A stretch of 64,000 nt of DNA from Pavona decussata. Lineage: Eukaryota. The stretch is taken from the NCBI GenBank assembly GCA_977016875.1, contig CDRNST010000038.1, forward strand, positions 3,100,001-3,164,000, read 5' to 3'. This document shows, piece by piece, positions 21,092-31,200 of the stretch (its first letter is position 1; each line of letters begins with the position of its first letter). The position numbers and the translations under genes were made by a program. Under the pieces are notes generated by a model. The model was not told the DNA's origin and ran no database searches. It saw only the letters and a program-made list of their open reading frames with translations.

Positions 21092-21107
21092 GCCAATTTC
21101 CGACCAA

Positions 21108-21890
21108 GAAGGACGCTGTCAAACCAGTTACGATTTTAAGGCTAAACGCTTATAAACCTGTCAAGTTTCAAATAAACCAATCGTACAGTAAATTGTTTAA
21201 CGGCCTTTTAACGAATTTATAAATTGAACGGTCCGGCCGAAAAAAAGGACGCTGTAAAACCAGTTACGATTTTAAGGCGAAACGCTAATAAACTTGTCAG
21301 ATTTAAAATACGCCAATCGCACAGTAAATTGTTTAACGGCCTTTTAACGAATTTATAAATTGAACGGTCCGGCCGAAAAAAAAGGACGCTGTAAAACCAG
21401 TTACGATTTTCAGGCGAAACGCTCATAAACCTGTCAAGTTTCAAATAAGCCAATCGCACAGTAAATTGTTTAACGGCATTTTAACGAATTTATAAATTGA
21501 ACGGTCCGGCCGAAAAAAAAGGATGCTGTAAAACCAGTTACGATTTTCAGGCGAAACGCTCATAAACCTGTCAAGTTTCAAATAAGCCAATCGCACAGTA
21601 AATTGTTTAACGGCATTTTTTACGAATTTATAAATTGAATGGTCCGGCCGAAAAAAAAGGACGCTGTATAACCAGTTACGATTTTAAGGCGAAACGCTAA
21701 TAAACTTGTCAGATTTAAAATACGCCAATCGCACAGTAAATTGTTTAACGGCATTTTAACGAATTTATATATTTTGAACGGTCCGGCCAAAAAAACAAAA
21801 AAAAAACAAAAAGGACGCTGTCAAACCAGTTACGATTTTAAGCCCAAACGCTTATAAACCAGTCAGATTTAAAATACGCCAATTGCCCAG
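21108..21890. repeat. ~137-bp tandem array, ~5.5 copies
   Basis: aagga(c/t)gctgt recurs at ~21109, 21245, 21382, 21519, 21657, 21811; each unit has AACCAGTT and CCAAT, and full units have a TTTATA(A/T)A. Confidence 0.95.
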
Positions 21891-22049
21891 TGCATATTTT
21901 TGTTTTGACACGTTCCTCTGAGGAAGACATTTTAGTGTGTTTCGAAGCGTGCAGTGATAAACTTAATTTTGTAAATATAACTTTAACTTCATGCTTATAA
22001 AGCAGGTTAACAAAAACCAATTACATTTTTTTTTGTTGTTGCCTAAACA

Positions 22050-22890
22050 ATTGTTTGGGACTCGCCTATTGTTGCGAAGCGAACAACATGACTCTTATTT
22101 GAATATAAGTAGTCCGTTGTAACATGCAACTAATTTTGTAACGTAATTAAATCATGTATAGTAAACTCACAAATATGTTTTCGCTTTCCTTCTGCTGCCA
22201 ATATTTCTTTTCCTGAAAATTTTAGTTCAGGGAAACGATAGTAACTTATAGCTGGTTTAACAAAAACGTTTTTTTTTTTTTGCTATTTGCGTTCTTTAGA
22301 ATTGTTTAGGACTCGAGTATTGTTGCCAAGCGCACAGCATAACTTTAAAATACTCCGTTGTAACATGCGGATAATTTTGTAAAGTACATCGTGTATAGTA
22401 AACTCGCGGATTGGCTTTCGCTTTCCTTCTGCTGTCAACATTTTCTTTTCAGGAAAATTAGTTTAGAGAAACGAGGGTAACGCGGCAACGAAATCGGTTG
22501 AAAGCAAACAAACAACGAAACCTTAAGTTGAATGTAAATAGTCCGTTGTAACATGCGGACAATTTTGTAAACTAAATCGTGTGTAGTAAACGCACGAATT
22601 GGTTTTCGCTTTCCTTCTGCTGTCAACATTTTCTTATCCGGAAAATTAGTTTAGAGAAACGAGGGTAACGCGGCAGCGAAATCAGTCGAACGAAAACAAC
22701 GCATCTTTAAGTTGAATGTAAATAGTCCGTTGTAACAAAGCGGACAATTTTGTAAAGTAAATCGTGTACAGTAAACGCACGATTTCGTTTTCGCTTTCCT
22801 TCTGTTGTCAACATTTTCATATCCGGAAAAATTAGTTTAGAGAAACTAGAGTAGCGCGGAAGCGAAATTGGTTAAACGAAAACAAGGCAA
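22050..22890. repeat. Diverged ~185-240-bp tandem array, 4 copies
   Basis: tccgttgtaaca...tttcgctttccttctg recurs at ~22112, 22353, 22541, 22724. Confidence 0.85.
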
Positions 22891-23523
22891 ATTGTTTATA
22901 TTCACTTTAATTTATTTGTTGAGTAACTAAATTAAACATAATGTAAGCTGCGGTAATTGATTTATGTTTGCTCTGATTAAGTGCAAAAAAAGGGACACAA
23001 TTTGTGGTAAGGCTACCTTTCTGTTGTATGACTTAGAGAGAATCCGCTCATAAATCCTGTAGTTTAATCCCTGACGCAGTTTTCCAGTCAGCTGTTTTCA
23101 AAACCCTGGAAAAGACCCAAATTCAAGAGACAATTTGCGAGAATAGATAAAGTGGATGATTTCATCTAAAATTCAAGACGATAATTCTCTTTGGGACGTG
23201 TTTGTAATAATTAATCATGTTTGTTCAATGAAATTATTTTTGAGTTGAAATAAAATATTGTCTGGTGTCCATTTTTGGGGTGTTACAGCTAACAGACAGC
23301 TGATTTGGAAAGTGTCAGGAATAAAAAAAGGGTTTGGCGGGTTTGTCTGGTCTGTGATATCTGCTGATTTGAAAAGTGACAGGGAAAAAAACCGGTTTAA
23401 CAGGTTTTTTTTTAGTTGCATATTCAAAATTAGTTTGGTCTGGTTTCAACTCGTTTGACCATGACGTCAATGATTTCTCATTGGCTCTTAGCTTCTTAAT
23501 TGTTCTCTTCCTTTAAAAGTGCG

Positions 23524-23832
23524 GTACTACCCGGCTGGTTGGGCGGAACCGTACCACCAGATCACAGTACACTTTACTCCAAATAATCAACAATAATAAA
23601 CTTCAAATCATACATACACTTGTATTTAATTAAACCCCCTACTATACCCAGACCGTTGGCATCTCATTAAACCCCTCTCCTATACCTAGAACGCTTGCAT
23701 CTCATTACACGCCTCTCATATATCTACCTTACGTCATGTAAACTCATTCAATGGTTTTAGGGGACAACCTCATTAAATCAGGGCTGCTGCATATATGAAT
23801 AAAATTCTCCCAAGCATTCCGGATAGACTACT
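23524..23832 (-). repeat. Polinton right terminal inverted repeat (~309 bp)
   Basis: Complement of 4485-4749 with one extra ~38-bp subrepeat. Confidence 0.95.
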
Positions 23833-23838
23833 AACTAC

Positions 23839-24241
23839 CCTTACGTTACGAGAGAAGGTGTTAGATTTGGGCCCGAATACCCTTGATGAGGCACTGGCGG
23901 CTGCTCAGCGATATGAATCGAATTAAAAGGTGTTAAGCAAAGGGAGTGCTCACGTCCTTTCTTCAACTTCCGAAGAGATGGACGGAAATTCTACTTCATA
24001 TCAGACGACCCCAGAACCCCCCGTATGGGCTCAGCAGCTCTTTCAACTACAAGCAGAAATTTTAGAGAAGTTGAAAAACATTCCCCAAGGAAGGCAAGGT
24101 AGGAATGAAAGTGTAGAGTACCCTTAGGGCCCCAGAGCATGCGTTAAGTGTGGCAGTCTTAACCATTTCATCCGTAATTGTCCTCACCAAGTTCGTCACG
24201 ACCAGGGAAACTGGAGACGGGCGGGGGGCAGCCAGAAGTGA
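23839..24241 (+). pseudogene. gag: Gypsy gag, 3' part with zinc knuckle
   Basis: Continues ...GALT-TLTLREKVLDLGPNTLDEALAAAQRYE; CVKCGSLNHFIRNC (CX2CX4HX4C) at ~24140-24181; in-frame stops. Confidence 0.85.
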
Positions 24242-24250
24242 CCCCGCTCG
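24205..24250 (+). promoter_or_regulatory. -1 ribosomal frameshift signal (gag-pol)
   Basis: Slippery G GGA AAC in the gag frame, 6-nt spacer, stem cgggcgggg/ccccgctcg; the -1 frame is the protease frame (24271). Confidence 0.75.
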
Positions 24251-27200
24251 ATAAATCGTAGGGCGCCTTTATGCCACGTCATGTCGATGGTGTTCCGTCC
24301 CTTGCCCTACTGGACACTGGTGCAGAAGCAACAATTATCAGTGATGACATTTACCATTGTATTAACACTAATGCAAATAAGCTCGAACTCCCACGAAAGC
24401 CTGTCCTTGGGGCCAATAACTTGCCGCTTGATGTTGTTGGTGAAACAGAGTTGACACTTGAGCTTGGTAGTATCAAAGCGCAACATAAGGTGCTAGTATG
24501 TCGTGGATTACCACAGCAAGTGTTGATTGCATAGATTTCCTAATGACTCACAAGTGCATTATTAACTTTGACAATAACACTGTATACAGTAAAAGGGATC
24601 CCAATAGGATGGTGTTTGGTCCCCTTGATAAAGTTTACAGGATCACTGTTGCTGAAACCGAAACATTATCACCAAATATGGTTGCTGATACACCTTTTGT
24701 GATTGAGGGGGTGAGTGGTCACAAGGAATGTGTGGGTGTGGTTGAACCAGAAAGCAAGTTCTCAGAAAGGTTTTCTGTTGGAGCTTTGCGGACTGCAGTA
24801 ACTGTAAAAGATGGTCAAATACCAGTTCGTGTGTTTCATTGCCTCAACAAGCCTCTCAAAATTTATCGCTGCAGCAGTGTTGGAGACCTCCACCCACTAG
24901 CGGAAGGCGATGAACTGCCTGACAAAGGTGTGAGTGAGGGTTACAAAGTTGTAAGGGGTGCTAAAGAAAATGTCAAGGGAGAGTCGGGGGCTAGGCAGTG
25001 CAGTGCAGTTTTTGTGGAAAACTCTGAGCCTGATGATGTTCCTTTCGAGGAAATGTTTCCCATAAGTAGTGATTCAGTCCCGGAGGAGAAAAAACGTAAG
25101 CACTATGAGGTCATTTCAAGGGGGCCATGGGATTTAGGCACAGCCAAAGGTGCGAAACATACCATTGACACTGGTTCAGCACAGCCAATACAGGTACCTC
25201 CTAGAAGAGTACCTTTCCATGAAAGGCAGGAAATGCGCCGTCAAGTGGATGAAATGTTTGAAGCACAGATCATAGAGCCTTCAGAATCCCCTTGGTCCGT
25301 CCTCTCCTGTGGTTTTGGTTGCCAAGCCTGACGACACTCAACGCTTCTGTGTGGATTATCGAGCTTTGAACAAGGTAACCGAGCGAGCAAGTTAAGTTTT
25401 GGTCTTACTAATGCACCAGCGTGTTTCTTGAGGGCCATGCACCTTGTCTTAAAAGGTGTGTGCTGGTCAGACTGTCTAGTGTATCTAGATGACATCATTA
25501 TCTTTGGCCGAACCCTGCAAGAGCATCGAGAGAGACTGTCACTGGTTTTGTCGCGTTTGTCTGAAGCAGGCTTGAAGATTAACCCCAAGAAATGCAAGCC
25601 TTTGTCAGAACGAGTGGTTGTGCTGAGTCACGTTGTGACCCAGGATGGCATTTCTACTGATCCAGAGAAAGTGAGGGTCATTAAGGAGTGGCCAGTGCCA
25701 GAGGATGAAAGCCAGCTGAAGGCATTCTTGGGAACAGCCAGTTACTACCGTCAATTTGTGCCAAACTACGCAGACATCGCTGCCCCTTTACACAGTGCTT
25801 CTCAGAAGGGTGAACGTTTTAAATGGACAACGCAGCGCGAGGAAGCCTTTGGAAGCATTAAGTGGAAGCTGATGAATGCCCCCATCCTTGCTTTTCCTCA
25901 GTTGGACGAGCTATTTATTTTAGACACAAGATGCACATATGCACAAGATGCCAGCGACAGGGGTTTGGGGGTAGTGTTATCTCAGGTTCAGGTTGGAAAA
26001 GAGCGTGTTATAGCTTATGCGGCACAGGCACTTTCCAAGGCCGAAAGAAACTACAGCACGACTCGGAAGGAACTCTTAGCCCTTGTCTGGGGAACGGAAC
26101 ACTTTGAGACATATCTCTACGGCAGACGATTTCTTGCTAGGACTGACCATAGTGCTCTACAGGGGCTAAAGAATTTCAAGAACCCTAGGGGTCTGGTTGA
26201 TCGCTGGCTAGAAAGGCTGAGTGATTTCGACTTTGAGGTGGAACATCGCTCTGGACAACTGCATGGAAATACAGATGGACTCTCTCGCCTGATATGGGAG
26301 AGTACCACTTTCGCTGAACAGGATGAGGATGCCGTGTTGATCCACTCTGTCAACGTATAGCCGCTGTCAAGGGCAAGTATAAAAGCAACCCTGAAACATG
26401 ATCCTGTTCTGTCGCAGGTGGTGGATTGGCTTAAAACTGGTGTGAGACCTGCAAGGTGTGATGTGGAAGGAGGTGGGCGCAAACTTCTGTCATACTGGTC
26501 ACAGTGGGGAAGACTGTTGCTCAGGGATGGTCTGGTGTTGAGACGCTGGGAAAACGAAAAGACAGGTCAAGAGGTCTACCATCAGATTTGTTTGCCAGAC
26601 AGCTTTGTGCCTCAAGTGTTGCATGTCCTTCATAACAGTCCTTCAGCCGGGCACCTCGGCGTGTCAAAAACTTCAGAGAAGGCGCGAAGGAGGTTCTACT
26701 GGCATGGCATGCTTGAGGACGTCTAAAATCACATCAGAAAGTGTGGTCCATGTGCTGAAGTTAATGACCCAAGCAAGTTGCCTAGAGCTCCTCTTATCAA
26801 CATCAAGTCGGGTCACCCCTTGCAGAGAGTGGCTATAGACATTGTAGGGCCTACGCCAAAGTCAAGCCTTGGTCACGAGTAGTTGCTGGTGGTTTCCGAT
26901 CACTTCACTATATTTGCCCAAGCTTTTCCGGTGAGGAACACTTCAGCTGTAACACTTGCAAAGAAAGTGATGGACGAGTACATATGTCGGTTTGGCTGCT
27001 TTGAGAGCTTACATTCTGATCAGGGAGCCAATGTGGATGGAGCTGTCTTCAAGGCACTGTGTGATTTAATTGATGCAGCAAAAACTCGAACGACTCCATA
27101 TCATCCTCAGGGGGATGGGCAAGTGAAGAGGCGAAACAAACCACTGGTAAAAATTTTGTGCAAATTGAGTTCTGACCATCGCCGGGACTGGGCGGACTTT

Positions 27201-28067
27201 GTGCCAAAAGCGGTTCTTGCGTACAATACCAGCGTGCATTAGTCAACTGGATTTACCCCTTACCGTCTATTGTTTGGCCGGGAAGCTATTTTGCCTCTTG
27301 ACGCAGTCCTGAAGCTTGAGACGTCAATGCCCCAGAGAGTGGGGCAGAGTTATCCCGATTATGTTGTTCAGCAGAACAAGCAACTGGAGGAAACAGAGCA
27401 CATAGTGAGAGAGAACCTGAAGCGGGCACAGAAAACTCAGAAAGCTTATTACGAAACCAAGTGCCATGGTCAGCAGTTTCATGTAGGAGACCAAGTCTGG
27501 TATTGAAACCGAGCCAGGTCAAGGAGGAAGAAATTCCTTAAACCTTGGTGTGGTCCTTGGAAAATTGTGAAAGCCCTGTCTGATGTTACCTATCGCATTG
27601 AAGAGGAGAGGAGGAACGTGGGAGAGCGGCGCAACAGAAAGGTGATCCATTTCAATTACCTGAAATTATGTTTTACTCCGCCGCCAGTCCATGAGAAACC
27701 TCCTCCAGCAACCACTTCCGGAGAAGCAGCTCGATCAAAGTCGAGAGATGTGTTACAGCCAACTCAGGCAGGGTCTGATGATACTGGCGGGGTCGGGTTA
27801 GAATGGCTGGAAAATCCTGTTGTTCTGTCCACAGAGGGCCATCAAACGCCTCAGGTTCAGGGCAGGAGTGCTACTCTTGGTCCGGATGCACAGTTCCCGG
27901 AAGTACCTTATCAGCCGGAGGTCCCTTCTGAGAACAATGAATCAAGTCAAATTCCATTTAGGCCAAGACGCGAACGAAGGGAACCATCGTTGCTCCAGGA
28001 CTATGCTAGGACAGTTGCTGTTTACCCTACGTGGCCTCTTACTCTAGTTGGAACAATTGCTTATTAA
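24211..28067 (+). pseudogene. pol: Gypsy pol (protease, RT, RNase H, integrase), many stops/frameshifts and an RT deletion
   Basis: LLDTGA; YLDDII; DASDRG, NYSTTRKELLA, RTDHSAL; HNSPSAGHLG, HSDQG, TPYHPQGDG. The RT segment between LNKVT and FGLTNAP is missing (~25380). Confidence 0.93.
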
Positions 28068-28104
28068 CTTTTTATTACTTAATCTCTAACCTCTGACCTT
28101 ATAT

Positions 28105-28116
28105 GGGAGGGGGTAG
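28105..28116 (+). promoter_or_regulatory. Polypurine tract
   Basis: GGGAGGGGGTAG directly before the 3' LTR. Confidence 0.85.
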
Positions 28117-28264
28117 TGTAGCGTAGGGCCTGAGCCCGAGTTAGCTCGAGCATGCGTTGTAAGTTGTGACGCGAACATGCTTGTAGTCGAGCGGTCATGT
28201 TGTGTTTGAGACTGATGTACGATAAACTGTTTTTGAGACTAGCAGTGTCTTTAGTAGTGTTACA
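28117..28264 (+). repeat. 3' LTR (148 bp)
   Basis: Direct repeat of 3773-3920, followed by TTTG. Confidence 0.95.
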
Positions 28265-28268
28265 TTTG

Positions 28269-31200
28269 CATGCCGCCGTTTAATCGGGTTTTAATTATCA
28301 TGTTTCCCGTCCATTAACTCGGTCTTGTAAAAGAGCTTCCCATGCGTTGTTAACGTTTTACTACCGCTAAACAAAACACAATTCGCAATTCACTACCCTT
28401 CATATCATTTTTTCTTTCTTTTTCAACTGATTCAATTCATTTTTTTAATTTACGGTGATACACCAGATCTCCCGATCAATAATCATGATGCAAGTGCCGA
28501 CTCAGACAGCAATTAAATGACATCTGCGTTACAGTTTCTGCACGTACACTCCTGAAAAGTTCAACAAAGGAAGTTTAATTTTCCATCGCCATGCTTCACA
28601 AATTGAAGTCGCGCCAAAGTAATAAATGATAATAGAGCGAGTGAGACAAAAATAGATAAAGGAGCAACAAACACTATACTTAGTTCGAAGAATTAGCTCT
28701 GACGGTTGTCGCTAAACTGAAATGTATCATTTGATGATGGTTACTTAATTTCTTACCATTAGGATCGCCTCGACAAATTTGAACGACGCCTAAACGACAA
28801 ATTAGGGGAACGACAGAAAATGTCTGTGAAAAAGGTTTTAAGTGTCAGATTCGTTATGATTTTCGGGCAAAGATGGCCAAAATTCAAAAGTTTTTTGTAG
28901 GAATTTAAGGAAATAAATCGCTTTACGAGTCAGAACTGTTTAGAAAGGTTTTGCAAACTTTAAGAGTTAAAGATTTAACTGAAGCATCAGTTTTGCGGGT
29001 GAGACCGGAAGTGATTCTCAGTTTACACTGTCATACTACAGGCAACGAATGGCGTAAACATTGCATCTCCGTGTTTTCTTTCCTTATTCGAATCGAACTC
29101 TGTCCAACATCCCGAATGACAACACTCTTTATTTTTTGCATAAACTCGAATAAACTTTTCTCTGCAAAACGATGTTCGGGAAAAACAAACTGAAGCAGTG
29201 TAAAAGTTTAGAAAAAATATATTACATTTCCGCTATGATGCAAAATTAATGTGACACCAAGTTTTGCACCTGTGTGTGAAGAGGAAGAAAATTAAAGAGC
29301 GCCAATGTGAAACAACGTTTCTGCATATCTTTAGTAACTGAACAACATAACGAAGAAATAAGGCGTGACCTTCTGATTTAAGGCCGGAGTTATACACTAA
29401 AAAGGAATAAGATCATGTCGTCGTAAATTCAGGTAACTAGAACTCGAGTTTGTTTAGAATTTCAACTTCCCGGTTCGATCGACACTTAGTGACGATAAGT
29501 TTTCCCGCAGAAAGGAAAGACAGAAAAGCTGACAAAAGGAAAAAAGAAAAATTACAAATGTCAAAATAAAGAGAGCTTAGAGGTAAAATGACTGCGAATA
29601 GAGGACCTAAAAACTTTGAAAGGATAACATAATTTGCTAACCATCTCACGTTAAATGAAATGTTTTTGACAATATTCCTGTAAATTGCCCTTACAAGTGA
29701 CGCCGGTCAGAATGCTATTTGTGGTTTTCCGTTGATGTTTTTGTGGGTGGAAATTGATCTGGAAAAGGATTAAAGGCTTTGCCATGTGCATATTTTTTGT
29801 TTGCTAAAAGTATCTTTCTTGAAACAACTATTCGTTACCTTGTTCTGTCGTCAGACGATGAACTCATTTCGCGGCCACATTAGATTTACCTTAACTCTAG
29901 ACACAGTTTTTCTGTTACTGTTTTATTTTTTTGTTAATCCGTTATTTAAAATAGCGTTAGTTTCTAGTTATTTTTTTCTCTCAGTTTTATAATTTTCTTG
30001 AACACTTGGCTCCTTTGCCCATGCACTTGCTCGAAACAGATAAAAATAATTAATCAAGACAACGGTTACCGCCGTTTATTAAAAGAATTGTTCACTTCTC
30101 TACAAAAAAATGCTCAATGAAAATCAACTCGACGAAAACGGACACATCCAACTGCAACTAAATATTCAATAAATGACCCCCTTTCACTGGCGGTGGATTG
30201 CCATTCTGAGGCAATTTTTGTCTTGCTATAGTCGTAAGTTCATGTTAGTGTATGTGCCAAATAACCTTAGAAACAATTTCGCTTTTTGCAATACAAGGGG
30301 GCATTCAACGAGACTTTTAGGCAATATACTGAAAATGTTGTCTCCTGTGTTTCCAGTTGGTTTGGTGGCCTTCTAGAGGCATATTTGAGTAAGCTAATAT
30401 AGTATGACCTGTTTAATGCTTTAGCTGAGAATTTAAGTTTTAGAAACTGGAATCTCATTTTCCGAATGTATGAAATGCATAATACAGACATTCGCCCCTC
30501 CGAAAACGAAAGGATCTAGCGTTCCAGTGTTACGACATTTTGAGAATAATTTTGCCGAAGACAACTGTAAACTTTGTTTATGACTGAATCCGCAAACCTC
30601 TGAGGCGATTAAGGCTACTGATCCACAGAGATATTCACCACAATGAACCTTTGGGGGCCCTTGGTTTAATAAAAAAAGAAATACTCGATTGATAGGTTTT
30701 GCTCTTTGTCGTCCACAGGGAAATTTAAGCCAAGGATCAGTTAACTTTGTGGAGCTATTATCAGAGTTCCTTGTTGTGTCTTTTACAGATATAATGTCCC
30801 TTTGCACCTTCGGCTTGACAATATCATTAAACAAAGAGGAAAGTTAACTTAGGATACAGCTCAGGTTCATGCCCGATCAATTTATTCCGTGTCCATGTAC
30901 GATATACCATTCGAAAGGTTTCGATCAGGGCATTTCACAGTAAATTTTACTAACTGAAACAAGTTGACGCTTTGAGAGAAATTGGCTCAACCGTCAAGAG
31001 AAATACTCCAACTGAATAGTATCACACAGTAGCTTGAGTTTGCATCTCTCAGGGCGCAGGAAGATAAAAATGGTCAAAAATATTTTGAAAAGATAGTGCA
31101 ATTTTCTACTTTGATTTTGAAAAGAAATTGTCCTTTTTATTAAACCTGGATCATTGGTTTCTTGGTTGTTTTAATAAAAGTTATTCCACTCGTGTTTGTC

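Larger units (their letters stand above)
4485..23832 (-). mobile_element. Polinton/Maverick (adintovirus-like endogenous dsDNA virus), ~16 kb excluding the nested Penelope
   Basis: Ends AGTAGTCTATCCGG...CCGGATAGACTACT; 6-bp target duplication AACTAC (4479-4484, 23833-23838); long TIRs; pPolB, integrase, pentons, hexon, adenain and ATPase all on the minus strand. Confidence 0.97.
3773..28264 (+). mobile_element. Gypsy/Ty3 LTR retrotransposon, full-length but decayed, interrupted by a Polinton
   Basis: Two 148-bp TG...CA LTRs. TTTG target duplication (3769-3772, 28265-28268) confirmed by the empty site in sister units (cacgatttgc at ~31416). PBS, PPT and gag-PR-RT-RH-INT order. Confidence 0.96.

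Noticed and set aside
19955-21890. Polinton tandem arrays as CRISPR-like arrays
   Set aside because: Units are contiguous near-identical repeats with no unique spacers; no cas genes; eukaryotic context.
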